The notes beneath the pieces were generated by a model, which did not search any database, had not been told where the DNA came from, and was given only the letters and a program-made list of their open reading frames with translations. Positions 27,202 to 36,211 of a DNA stretch of 64,000 nucleotides are shown here, piece by piece (positions within the stretch are counted from its first letter, which is position 1; every line of letters starts with the position of its first letter). Origin of the DNA: Dehalococcoidia bacterium (GTDB lineage Bacteria; Chloroflexota; Dehalococcoidia; Lucifugimonadales; UBA3495); contig OZ241860.1 in the NCBI GenBank assembly GCA_965203195.1, positions 210,774 through 274,773 on the forward strand. Direction: 5' to 3'. A program made the translations under genes and the position numbers.

Positions 27202-27540
27202 ATGGAGCCGCATCTGAACGCCGCCGAACTGGAATGGGTTGCAGCCTACCGCAAGGCTGTTGACGAGCAGTATCCGGGGACGGTGATGCGAATGCTGCTG
27301 TATGGCGCGGAAGCCCGAGGCTGTCTGCTTGACGATAACAAGTTGAACCTGCTGCTGGTAACGCGGGACGAGGCTGAGGAAAAGGCGTACCCAATGGAAC
27401 TGCTGGGGTACAGCCTGGCCGATTTCGTGGCAACTTTTCCATTCGTTACGGTTTGGACACAAAAGGAATGGCGCCGGCAGAAAGAAGCCGGGTCGCTATT
27501 CCAGCAGGCGATGGAGCAGCACGGTGTATGGTTACAGTGA
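27202..27540 (+). CDS. MNT-type nucleotidyltransferase antitoxin
   Basis: ATG at 27202 preceded by GGGAGGA. The LLYGAEARG motif is a GSxxRG-like nucleotidyltransferase signature. Its 3' end overlaps the HEPN gene by 13 nt. Confidence 0.7.
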   Translation: MEPHLNAAELEWVAAYRKAVDEQYPGTVMRMLLYGAEARGCLLDDNKLNLLLVTRDEAEEKAYPMELLGYSLADFVATFPFVTVWTQKEWRRQKEAGSLFQQAMEQHGVWLQ

Positions 27541-27959
27541 ATCGCGGCTTGGCGGTTGCGGAATGGCAGCGCAGCCGGTCGGCATTGCAATCAGCGTCGG
27601 TATTGAGCCGGGCCGAGCTTTCTGCCGATGCCATCTCCCGGGCCTACTATGCCATCCTCCACGCCGCCAAAGCGGCGCTGCTAACCAGATCTATAACTGC
27701 CAGCAGCCACCATGCCATCAACCGTTTGTTGAACCGGCATCTGATTTACGCTGGCTTTGTTGAGCGGGAATGGCTGGATGTGTTCCGGGCTGCGATGCGG
27801 GCCAGGATGGAGGCGGACTACGATGTCATGGCGGCATTCACGCCATGGCAAGCGGAGGGCCACCGCCGGCAGGCCGCCGCCTTCTGCGCGCGTATCCGCC
27901 GTCATCTGCGGGCAGAGGGGTTTGACGATGGGGAACTGAATGGCGATGACGGGCCGTAA
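27528..27959 (+). CDS. HEPN-domain toxin
   Basis: From the internal ATG at 27528. AISRAYYAILHAAKAALL...SHHAINRLL...RMEADYD is a typical HEPN helical pattern. Confidence 0.7.
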   Translation: MVTVNRGLAVAEWQRSRSALQSASVLSRAELSADAISRAYYAILHAAKAALLTRSITASSHHAINRLLNRHLIYAGFVEREWLDVFRAAMRARMEADYDVMAAFTPWQAEGHRRQAAAFCARIRRHLRAEGFDDGELNGDDGP

Positions 27960-28151
27960 AGCCGGGGCAACGGCCTGACGTCAAAGCCGGTCAGTCACAA
28001 TACGATCAGGATCAACAGGGCAAGCCGGGCAGCGGCGGGCGTTGCCCGCGCCCGGAACAAGGCGGGCGGCGTGTGCTATTATGGGGCGGGCCGGCATAGC
28101 TGATGCTGTCGGCCCGTTGCCACCCCGAACCGCACAGGTGGAGGTATTCCC

Positions 28152-29168
28152 ATGTCCCCGACCGGCAATGACTGGCTGGCTCTTACCACGGAACCCGCGC
28201 GGCAACCCGACCTGCCCATCTGCGACCCGCATCATCACTTCTGGGTGCAACGCCCGGAACCGGCGGATTACCAGCAGTATCTGCTGCCCGAACTGCTGGC
28301 CGACATCAACAGCGGCCACAATGTCCGTTCCACGGTGTTTATTGAGGCCCGCTCTGAATACCGCGCCGACGGGCCGGAGGAGTTCCGCTCCGTGGGCGAG
28401 GTGGAGTTCGTCCAGCGGATTGCCGAGGAAAGCGCGTCGGGCCGTTATGGGGAAAGCCGCGCCGCCGCCGCCATCATCGGGCGCGCTGATCTCAAAATGG
28501 GCGCCGCCGTCCGCCCGGTACTGGAAGCTTTGCAGGCCGCCAGCCCCGACCGCTTGCGCGGCATTCGCCACGCCGTGGGCTGGGATCCCCACCCGGAGGT
28601 GGAAAACCGCGAGGTGGAAGGCTGCCTGTTCCGGGACGATTACCTGGCCGGCGCCCGCGTTCTGCGGGATATGGGCTTGCTGCTGGAGACTACGGTCTAT
28701 TTTCCGCAGCTGCCCGACTTGGCCGATTTCGCCCGCAAGATTCCCGACCTGCCTATCGTCCTCAATCACATTGGCGGAATGATACGCACCGGGCCTTACG
28801 CCAACCGGGACGATGAGGTGACGGCGCAGTGGCGGCGGGGCATCGCCGCGGTGGCCGCCTGCCCGAACATCGCGCTCAAGCTGGGGGGCATCGGTATGCC
28901 CCGCATCGGCTTTGACTGGCACACCCGCGCCGCGCCGATTGGTTCGGAGGAACTGGCGGCGTCCGTCGGGCCGTGGCTGGATTACTGCCTGGAGCAGTTC
29001 GGCCCCGACCGCTGTATGTTTGAGAGCAACTTCCCGGTGGACAAGGTGTCCTTCTCCTACAATGTCCTCTACAACGCTTTCAAGCGCATTGCCGGGCCTT
29101 ATACGGACGCCGAGCGCGCCGCCGCCTTTCACGACACCGCCGTCCGTATTTACCGCATCACCGACTAG
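28152..29168 (+). CDS. Amidohydrolase-2 (ACMSD-like TIM-barrel metal-dependent hydrolase) family protein
   Basis: 338 aa with the ICDPHHHFW metal-binding motif near the N-terminus, VLNHIGG, and a C-terminal FESNFPVD. Confidence 0.8.
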   Translation: MSPTGNDWLALTTEPARQPDLPICDPHHHFWVQRPEPADYQQYLLPELLADINSGHNVRSTVFIEARSEYRADGPEEFRSVGEVEFVQRIAEESASGRYGESRAAAAIIGRADLKMGAAVRPVLEALQAASPDRLRGIRHAVGWDPHPEVENREVEGCLFRDDYLAGARVLRDMGLLLETTVYFPQLPDLADFARKIPDLPIVLNHIGGMIRTGPYANRDDEVTAQWRRGIAAVAACPNIALKLGGIGMPRIGFDWHTRAAPIGSEELAASVGPWLDYCLEQFGPDRCMFESNFPVDKVSFSYNVLYNAFKRIAGPYTDAERAAAFHDTAVRIYRITD

Positions 29169-29257
29169 ACGGGGGCAACCTGACGGGAGCAACCGGGCGG
29201 GGCAACGCCGCGTCTCATTCCCTTTCCGCCGCGCCGAAGGTCAAGGAGAGCATTGCT

Positions 29258-30406
29258 ATGGAACCCTTTGTCATCAATATCAGCGACGAGACGCTGGACG
29301 ATTTGCGCCATCGTCTGGGGCAGACCCGGTGGCCCGACGAGATGCCCGGCGTGGGCTGGGATTACGGTTCCAACCTGGCCTATATCAGGGAGCTGGTGGA
29401 GTACTGGCGCACGGAATTTGACTGGCGCGCCCAGGAAAAGAAGCTCAACGCTTTCCGGCATTACAAGTCGGCGGTGGACGGGCTGGACATTCATTTCATC
29501 CAGGAGCGGGGGACGGGGCCGAGTCCGATGCCGCTGGTGATTACGCACGGCTGGCCCAGCACTTTCTTTGAGATGACGAAAATCATTCCGCTGCTGGCCG
29601 ACCCCGGCGGGCACGGGGGCGACCCGGCGGACGCCTTTGATGTGGTGGCGCCGTCGCTGCCCGGTTTCGGCTTTTCGCAGGCGGCGCAAGCGCCGGGGAT
29701 GCAGGTGCAGAAAGTCGCCGACCTGTGGGCCAAGTTGATGACAGAGCATCTGGGCTACGGCAGGTTTGCGGCCCAGGGCGGGGACATTGGCGCCGGGGTG
29801 ACTTCCCGGCTGGGCTACGCTCATGCCGACAAGATGATCGGCATTCACCTGACTTCCATAACCCGGCCCACGCCGTACCTGGGCCCCGGTTCGCAGCCGT
29901 TGACCGCCGCCGAGCAGGCCCATTCCGACCAGCGGGAACGGTGGCAGCAAAGCGAGGGCGGTTACAGCCACATTCAAGGCACCAAGCCGCAAACCCTGTC
30001 CTATGGCCTCAACGATTCGCCGGCGGGGCTGGCCGCCTGGATTGTGGAGAAGTATCGCACCTGGAGCGACTGCAACGGCGATGTGGAGAGCCGGTACAGC
30101 AAAGACGAGCTGCTCACTACCGTGACCATTTACTGGGCCACGCAGACGATTGGGTCGTCGGTGCGGATGTACAAGGAAAACCAGAGTTCGGTCTGGGAGA
30201 TGGGCCGGGACGAGAAGGTGGGCACGCCGGCGGGGATGGCGATGTTCCCGCAGGAAATTGCCCGCCCGCCCCGGGAGTGGGCGGAGCGTTCCTACGATGT
30301 GCGGCGGTGGCAGGAAATGCCGCGGGGCGGACACTTTGCGGCGCTGGAGGAACCGGAGCTGCTGGCTCACGAAATCCGCGCGTTTTTCCGCCCGTTCCGG
30401 GGCTGA
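29258..30406 (+). CDS. Epoxide hydrolase (microsomal-type, EHN N-terminal domain + alpha/beta fold)
   Basis: 382 aa. FVINISDETLDDLRHRL...RWPDE...WDYG, the HGWP oxyanion motif (ITHGWPSTFFE), and the nucleophile GGDIGA. Confidence 0.85.
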   Translation: MEPFVINISDETLDDLRHRLGQTRWPDEMPGVGWDYGSNLAYIRELVEYWRTEFDWRAQEKKLNAFRHYKSAVDGLDIHFIQERGTGPSPMPLVITHGWPSTFFEMTKIIPLLADPGGHGGDPADAFDVVAPSLPGFGFSQAAQAPGMQVQKVADLWAKLMTEHLGYGRFAAQGGDIGAGVTSRLGYAHADKMIGIHLTSITRPTPYLGPGSQPLTAAEQAHSDQRERWQQSEGGYSHIQGTKPQTLSYGLNDSPAGLAAWIVEKYRTWSDCNGDVESRYSKDELLTTVTIYWATQTIGSSVRMYKENQSSVWEMGRDEKVGTPAGMAMFPQEIARPPREWAERSYDVRRWQEMPRGGHFAALEEPELLAHEIRAFFRPFRG

Positions 30407-30499
30407 CCGCAAGCTCCAGGATAACGGCCGGACAGCGGGGGCCGGGGACAATGGCGATTGTCCCCGGCCCCCGGCGTCGTCGGGTGGCGGCGTGGCCGG

Positions 30500-31399
30500 T
30501 CAGCGGCGCAGGAAATCGACGATATGCGGGTTCACCGCCTCCGGTTTTTCCTGGTGCATGAAGTGGCCGGTTCCGGGGATGATGACCCGTTCCAGACCGC
30601 CGGCGAAGTAGGCGTCGGTGGCGGCGCTCTGGAAGGCTTCCAGACGCCGGGGGCGGTCGCGGGTGCCGTGCAGGGCCAGGGTGGGGACAGTTACGGGGCC
30701 GGCGTCGATGCGGGCCTGGTCGGCGCGCACGGCGGCGTCGCTTTGGGATGCGTCGTAGCGGGCGCGGTAGTAGCCCAGGGCGGCCTGGACCACGCCGGGC
30801 TGCCGGAAGGTGGCGCGGATGCTCTCCAGCGCCGCCGCCGGGATGTCCCACTCGGGCGCCGCCCAGCGCCACCATTGCTCAATGAAGGCGAAGTCGTTGT
30901 GGGCCACGGTTTCCTCAGCGAAGGGCATCTGGAAATAGTAGGAATGCCAGGTGCCTTGCAGGTACTGGAAGTCGCGGCTCAATTCCCGGTCCACCTGGCC
31001 GGCGGCGATGGTGACCAGGCGGCTGACTTTTTCCGGGGCCAGGACGGTGGCGCCGACCACGGCGCCGGCGCCCCAGTCGTTGCCGATGAGGCAGGCCCGT
31101 TCCGCGCCTAAGGCATCGATCAGGGCCACGGCGTCCCGGGCCAGCAGGGCTGGGTGGTAGCGTCCGTCGGCCGGGGCGGTGGTGGGCGCATAGCCGCGCA
31201 TAAAGGGGGCCACGGCGCGGAAGCCGGCGGCGGCCAGGTCGGGCAGCAGGTGGCGGAAGGACCAGGCGTGGTCGGGGAAGCCGTGCAGGCAAAGGGCCAG
31301 GGGGCCTTCGCCCATTTCCAGGTAGTGGAAGTTGATGCCGTTGGCGTTGACGCTGCCGGCGGTGAAGTCGGTCATCGCATTCATTATTGATCCGTTCAT
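30500..31399 (-). CDS. Alpha/beta hydrolase (epoxide-hydrolase/haloalkane-dehalogenase-like)
   Basis: INFHYLEMGEGPLALCLHGFPDHAWSFRH, nucleophile elbow IGNDWGA, and C-terminal GTGHFMHQEKPE. The start is ATG 31399 or 31384. The track ORF extends to 31987 only because it runs into the repeat and rpsT antisense. Confidence 0.8.
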   Translation of the reverse strand: MNGSIMNAMTDFTAGSVNANGINFHYLEMGEGPLALCLHGFPDHAWSFRHLLPDLAAAGFRAVAPFMRGYAPTTAPADGRYHPALLARDAVALIDALGAERACLIGNDWGAGAVVGATVLAPEKVSRLVTIAAGQVDRELSRDFQYLQGTWHSYYFQMPFAEETVAHNDFAFIEQWWRWAAPEWDIPAAALESIRATFRQPGVVQAALGYYRARYDASQSDAAVRADQARIDAGPVTVPTLALHGTRDRPRRLEAFQSAATDAYFAGGLERVIIPGTGHFMHQEKPEAVNPHIVDFLRR

Positions 31400-31467
31400 C
31401 CGGGATCCGTAGCTCCGGCGCTGAAACGCCGGGGGCATCGCGGCGCAGAGGGCTTCGGGGAGGCTGG

Positions 31468-31725
31468 CTACCGGATGGCGCGGATCCGGTTGAGGGCGAC
31501 GGCGAGGCGGGCTTTGCGGCGGGAGGCGTTGTTCCGGTGCAGCACGCCCTTGCGGACGGCGATGTCCAGCATACTCATGGCGTTGCGGACGGCGTCCTCG
31601 GATTCGGGGGCGGCGACGGACAGGGCGCGGCGGGCGCGCCCGACGGCGGTGCGGGTGGCGCGGCGCACGCTCATATTGCGGGCGTAGCGTTTCACGGATT
31701 GGCGGTGGGCTTTGGGTGCCGGCAA
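31468..31725 (-). CDS. rpsT: 30S ribosomal protein S20 (TTG start)
   Basis: The TTG at 31725 is preceded by AGGAG. The product (M)PAPKAHRQSVKRYARNMSVRRATRTAVGRARRAL...RKARLAVALNR matches the basic S20 pattern. Confidence 0.85.
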   Translation of the reverse strand: MPAPKAHRQSVKRYARNMSVRRATRTAVGRARRALSVAAPESEDAVRNAMSMLDIAVRKGVLHRNNASRRKARLAVALNRIRAIR

Positions 31726-31831
31726 AGGGAATCTCCTGTAGGGTAGGTTGGCGACAGGAATGATAGCAGGAGGAGCGCGAAATGTCATCCGCCGTCATCG
31801 TGGCACCGTTATCATAACGAAGGGAGTTTCC

Positions 31832-32710
31832 CGGGGCGCGTCGTGAAATCGCCCGCCAGTCCGGGAGGGGCCGGCAATCCGGGGCAAGGGCCCGTGGCCT
31901 GCGGAGCAGGCGGGCGGTGAGGATGCCCGGATGCCGGCTTGCACCGGACCGACGGGGGTTATGCGATGCCGCCGTTGGCGACGGCACAATGCGCTTGGCG
32001 AGGGGCCTTAATTCACTGGCGCTCCTTGATTGGCGTGGATATTGCGGTTACCAGGGCGGTTCCGGCGGGCGGGGGGCGGGCGGTTGGGGGGATGGCTACG
32101 GTTTTCATAGGGAAGTCGGCTCCTTTTCGGTGCGTGGGTGGTTGGCAAATTGATGGCATCGGGGAAGGCTCGGGCTGGCCTTTTGGGTTCCAGGTTGTCG
32201 GCGCTACGGCCTGAGAGCGTAACGCGTGAATTTCGTCCTAGTTTTCCGTGTCCCGGAGCGGCGGCTTTTGAGGGCCGACAGCCCGGCACGGGGCGGTGGT
32301 GACATCCGCTGGCTGGCACAGAACTACACGGGCCGCACGATACATACAGCGACGAAGCAGGACCAGCTGAAATTGGGTTCCGACAAAGGGTTAGGCCGTT
32401 TCCTGGAGGCCCGTTTGGTGGTTAGCCCGAAAGGTTGTTCCCCGATGGTGGTACGACGTCGATTTCGGATTGGATTGGGCATTGCGGTGTCCGTTTTGGC
32501 GCCGGGCGCGCGTCCGCGCCGGGGCTGTGGCGGATGGCGGTCGGGGCAGCTGTCCCCGGGCCGCCGGGCGGGTTGCCGCATCCGTGTTTGAGGTTAGCAG
32601 TACTGATGTTCAGGGCGCAAGGGCGCGGATGTCATAATTGGCGGCGAATTTTAAAATCCGACGGGCGGATTGGGCGCGGCGCCGGGATCAGGGCGCGGCG
32701 GGCGCCGGCG
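31832..32710. repeat. Copy B of the ~0.88-kb non-coding inverted repeat (uninterrupted)
   Basis: Reverse complement of 2772-3839 minus the MITE. It retains the intact target site (about 32630-32639). Confidence 0.85.
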
Positions 32711-32726
32711 GAGACCGGAGTCTGTT

Positions 32727-32780
32727 GGGAACGCCGGGATGTCGGGGAAACGCCCGGATGTAGGGAAACGCCGGGATGCC
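32727..32780. repeat. Three tandem ~18-nt direct repeats (GGGAAACGCCGGGATGyn)
   Basis: GGGAACGCCGGGATGTC / GGGGAAACGCCCGGATGTA / GGGAAACGCCGGGATGCC, read directly. Located just outside the repeat boundary, about 125 nt upstream of dtd. Confidence 0.5.
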
Positions 32781-32904
32781 AGCCGGCGCCGGAATGACGG
32801 GCAAAGATCAAACCGCCCGATTGGAAACGCTGCCCTGGCGTCTGCGGCGAATTGACCCGTCGTCGGCGTGGGCGCTACACTTCCCGACGAGGGTGAGGCA
32901 CATT

Positions 32905-33378
32905 ATGCGCGCTTTGCTGCAACGGGTTACATCGGCGTCGGTTCGCATCGGCGCCGGCGAAACGGCGCGCATCGGCCCCGGCCTGCTGATACTGCTGGGC
33001 ATAGCCGAGGGCGACGAGCAGGCGGACGCGCGGTATGTGGTGGATAAAGCGGCGCAGATGCGGATTTTCGCGGACGAGCAGGGCCGTTTCAACCGCTCCG
33101 TCCTGGATGTGAATGGCGAATTGCTGGTGGTGTCCCAGTTCACCCTCTATGCGGACACGCGGCGGGGGCGGCGGCCGGATTTCACCCGCGCCGCCGCGCC
33201 CGATGCGGCGCGACAGCTCTACGAATACACCATCGGGCTGTTCCGGGAAACCGGCCTGAGGGTAGCAGCCGGCGAGTTCCGGGCGTATATGTATGTGCAG
33301 CTGGAAAACGACGGTCCGGTGACCATCTTGGTGGACAGCGCCGACCGGAGCCGGCCGCGCCGCAGTCTGTCCGGCTGA
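32905..33378 (+). CDS. dtd: D-aminoacyl-tRNA deacylase
   Basis: From the internal ATG at 32905: MRALLQRVTSASV...GLLILLGI...VVSQFTLYADTRRGRRPDF...NDGPVT, the canonical Dtd pattern. Confidence 0.9.
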   Translation: MRALLQRVTSASVRIGAGETARIGPGLLILLGIAEGDEQADARYVVDKAAQMRIFADEQGRFNRSVLDVNGELLVVSQFTLYADTRRGRRPDFTRAAAPDAARQLYEYTIGLFRETGLRVAAGEFRAYMYVQLENDGPVTILVDSADRSRPRRSLSG

Positions 33379-33399
33379 ACCGGATCAGGCTGAACCGGG

Positions 33400-34278
33400 T
33401 CAGGCTACGGCCGGCATCACCTCCGCGGCGATGGTCGCCAGGGCCGGGAACACTTCCGAGGGGTTGCCGGAGTAGGGCGACACCACGATGCGGGATACGC
33501 CGAGGTCGGCATAGGCCCGGGCGTTGGCGCGCATTTCCGCCGGCTCCGCGCCCAGGGCAAAGCGGCCGGGGCGCCCGCCCCGCAGGGGCACGCTGACGGA
33601 TACGGGGATGGACGCCGGGTCGCGTCCGGCCTGTTCGGCCTGTTCGCCCAGGTAGCGGATGCCTTGCGCCAGATCCTCCGGCGGCATGGCGGTGGGATGC
33701 CAGCCGTGGCCGTGGCGGGCGGCGCGGCGGATGGCCGCCCGGCTGACGCCGCCAATCAGCAGGGGAATGCCCTCGGGGCGCGCCGGGCGGGGCGAAAAGG
33801 CCATACCGGAGAACCGGAAGAACCTGCCCTCGTGCCGGGGGTTGTCATCGCGCCACAGGGTTTTCATTATGGCGATGGACTCGTCGGTATAGGCGCCGCG
33901 CTCGGCGAATGGGACGCCCATGGCTTCCAGCTCGGTGTCAATGACGCCCACGCCTACGCCCAGGGTCAGGCGTCCGCCGGAGAGCTGGTCCAGGGTGGCC
34001 GCCTGTTTGGCCAGGCGCATAGGGTTGTGGTAGGGCAGCACCAGCACGCTGGTGCCCAGGGTGATGCGCTCGGTGCGGGCGGCGGCAAAGGCCAGGATGG
34101 TCAGCGGGTCATAGTAGGGCCGCCGGCCGATGCGCTCATAGACATAGCTGACATTGAACACATGGTCGCTGGCCCACACCGAATCGTAGCCCAGTTCCTC
34201 GGCACGGGCGGCGATCCGCACCACGTCCTGGACGTCGGTGAGGCCTTGGTTGTTGGAGAGGGAAAAGCCGATGTTCAT
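33400..34278 (-). CDS. LLM-class (luciferase-like) F420/flavin-dependent oxidoreductase
   Basis: MNIGFSLSN...LGYDSVWASDHV...LGTSVLVLPYHNPMRLAKQAATLDQLSGGRLTLGVGVG is the LLM pattern. Confidence 0.85.
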   Translation of the reverse strand: MNIGFSLSNNQGLTDVQDVVRIAARAEELGYDSVWASDHVFNVSYVYERIGRRPYYDPLTILAFAAARTERITLGTSVLVLPYHNPMRLAKQAATLDQLSGGRLTLGVGVGVIDTELEAMGVPFAERGAYTDESIAIMKTLWRDDNPRHEGRFFRFSGMAFSPRPARPEGIPLLIGGVSRAAIRRAARHGHGWHPTAMPPEDLAQGIRYLGEQAEQAGRDPASIPVSVSVPLRGGRPGRFALGAEPAEMRANARAYADLGVSRIVVSPYSGNPSEVFPALATIAAEVMPAVA

Positions 34279-34384
34279 AGCGCGTCTCCGTGGACAGAAT
34301 CGATGTATCAGCAATCCGCTCTGACGGCCCCGGCACGGTGTTGACTGGCACCATTTGCGGTTCCCTCCGGTTGGCCCGGTCAGA

Positions 34385-34822
34385 TCAGGTCAGATGGACG
34401 ATTTCGACATTGCCCCAATGCCGTTGCAGGTATTCGGCGACCAGCCGGCGGTGGCAGCGTTCCGGTTTGTCCTCGCTGCACAGCAGGCAGGCGTTGCTGA
34501 TTATATCCTGCGGCACGGCAGCCTGTATCAGTCGCCGCTCCATCAGGGCCAGGAACCGGCTTTCGTAGGCAGCCCAGTTCAGCTGCCGTTTGCGGTAAGC
34601 GTCCAGCATATCTCCGGTGGGGGCCAGCCGGGGCAGGTGGATGTAGTCCATAGCGCAAAGTTCCCGCAGGAACCAGGCCAGGTCGTTCTTTTTGGCGAAA
34701 CCGGCTAGGCCGGAGGTGTTGCGCAGCCGCACATCCACCAGCCGCTGCGCCCCCGATTCCCGCAGCAGGCCAAAGAAATGGGCGGCGGATTTTCTGGTGA
34801 ACCCGATGGTGTACACCTTCAT
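34385..34822 (-). CDS. DUF488-family protein
   Basis: 145 aa. MKVYTIGFTRKSAAHFF...LVDVRL...CLLCSEDKPERCHRRLVAEYL is the hallmark DUF488 pattern. Confidence 0.8.
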   Translation of the reverse strand: MKVYTIGFTRKSAAHFFGLLRESGAQRLVDVRLRNTSGLAGFAKKNDLAWFLRELCAMDYIHLPRLAPTGDMLDAYRKRQLNWAAYESRFLALMERRLIQAAVPQDIISNACLLCSEDKPERCHRRLVAEYLQRHWGNVEIVHLT

Positions 34823-35457
34823 GATGCCATCTCCTGCGGGCGCGGGCCGGCGGGCGGCCGGGCAACGTCCACATAAGCGAATTTCTGCGCCTGGCGATGC
34901 AGGGCTTCGGCAATGACATCATCCCGGGTGCGGAACAGATCGCCCTGCTGGGGCAGCTTGAGAATGTCCAGCAGGCGGGACAGCGCGTCATCGTAGCATT
35001 CCAGTTGCCCGTCGGCCAGGATATGCTCAACGGCGACGCCGCGCCGGGCCAGGTTGCGGGCTACCAGCAGGGTGCGGTGGCATTCCAGGGGTTCCTTTTC
35101 GCTGCACAGGAGGGCGATGCGGCGGTCGTCGGCGCTGCGGATGATGCGGCGGACGCCGTCGTCAAAGCCGTCGGTTTCGGCAACCCGGTCGTAGATTACC
35201 CGTCCGTCGGCATCGTAGCAGGAACGGTCGGCGGGCCGGCCGCCCAGTTCCCCGCCGAGGAAAGCATAGCCGATGCCGACATCGTCCAGCAGCCCGGACA
35301 GGGCATCGTGATTGAAGTGCGGGGTATAGCGGCTGTACGGGGCGGAACGTACGTCGGCCACCTCGTCAATGCCGTGCCGGATGAGCAGGTTGACGAAGGC
35401 ATCCGGCGGGTGGTTGGAATGGCCGACGGTAAAAACGGGATATTGGGTCAGGGACAC
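34819..35457 (-). CDS. DUF488-family protein (second paralogue, GTG start)
   Basis: VFTVGHSNHPPDAF...VADVRSAPYSRY...LLCSEKEPLECHRTLLVARNL. The GTG at 35457 has GGAG about 12 nt upstream. 4-nt overlap with the downstream DUF488 gene. Confidence 0.7.
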   Translation of the reverse strand: MSLTQYPVFTVGHSNHPPDAFVNLLIRHGIDEVADVRSAPYSRYTPHFNHDALSGLLDDVGIGYAFLGGELGGRPADRSCYDADGRVIYDRVAETDGFDDGVRRIIRSADDRRIALLCSEKEPLECHRTLLVARNLARRGVAVEHILADGQLECYDDALSRLLDILKLPQQGDLFRTRDDVIAEALHRQAQKFAYVDVARPPAGPRPQEMAS

Positions 35458-35473
35458 GGCGGGGTCTGCTCCG

Positions 35474-36160
35474 TCAGGGTTTGATGATGGCGGCGATGAG
35501 CTTGTAGATGTAGCCCTCGAAGGGGTAGGCGGCGAGGCTGACGGTGAGGTAGCGTTCCCCGACCGGATAGTCGCCGTAGTCCAGTTGCAATGCGCCGGCT
35601 TCGCTTTCGGGGTCGGTGATGCGTAGCGCATAATCATCGCCATTGTACCGGAACCGGCCGCGCAGGATGGGAAAGTTGGCGCTGGGACGCGCGGGTTCCA
35701 GCACCGATACCTGCAATGCGTCAACCCGGATCAGGCGCAGAGAATCGACCAGCCGGCTGGCGTCGTCAAAGGGAATCCGGTCGTTTTGGCCGCCGGATGA
35801 GCTATGGCCGTTAGTCCACAGGGGCGCATCGGGGTCAACCCACACGGGCAGGTCAGCCCGGCCGATACTGCCGGCGCGGGCCCAGCGGCGCGCCGGGTCA
35901 AGGCGCCAGTTTTCTCGCTGGTAGGCGGCCGGAGCGGCGTTGAGTACCGGAATATCAACGGCGTCCAGCAAGCGAGGTTCGCCGCCGTCGGCATACTGTC
36001 GTTCCCGTTCCGATACTTCCTCGCCTTCCCGGTTGCTGACCGGGCGTAGCCAGGGGCCGGGGCGGCCGCCGGGCAGCAGCTCCTTGCCGGCTATGCAACG
36101 GCCGTTCATCCGGCGGGAGTTGGCGAAGCAGACGATGCGTTTGACGGTTGCGGTAGTCAT
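35474..36160 (-). CDS. Uncharacterised protein, tentatively dual-OB-like (from memory of similar N-termini); function unknown
   Basis: 228 aa. N-terminus KRIVCFANSRRMNGRCIAGKEL...WLRPVS, normal composition, and tightly packed in the operon. I recall this N-terminal pattern from proteins annotated as dual OB domain-containing, but I cannot verify that here. Confidence 0.55.
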   Translation of the reverse strand: MTTATVKRIVCFANSRRMNGRCIAGKELLPGGRPGPWLRPVSNREGEEVSERERQYADGGEPRLLDAVDIPVLNAAPAAYQRENWRLDPARRWARAGSIGRADLPVWVDPDAPLWTNGHSSSGGQNDRIPFDDASRLVDSLRLIRVDALQVSVLEPARPSANFPILRGRFRYNGDDYALRITDPESEAGALQLDYGDYPVGERYLTVSLAAYPFEGYIYKLIAAIIKP

Positions 36161-36211
36161 AATCAGCCTCTCTTGCGCCGCGATTGTCGCCAGTATATCA
36201 CCGGCGCACAG

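Noticed and set aside
27111-28052. The 16-nt direct repeat GCGTTGCCCGCGCCCG flanking the MNT-HEPN cassette as a definite target-site duplication or att site.
   Set aside because: In about 64 kb of roughly 70% GC DNA, a few chance 16-mer matches are expected. It is mentioned only as a weak possibility in the MNT-HEPN finding.
30500-31987. The 495-aa ORF on the minus strand, and ORFs such as 3687..3956+ that share an MPSPTAASHNPR... N-terminus.
   Set aside because: The shared peptide is a by-product of the non-coding inverted repeat. The real gene is only the C-terminal alpha/beta hydrolase (30500..31399), and rpsT occupies 31468..31725 in another frame.
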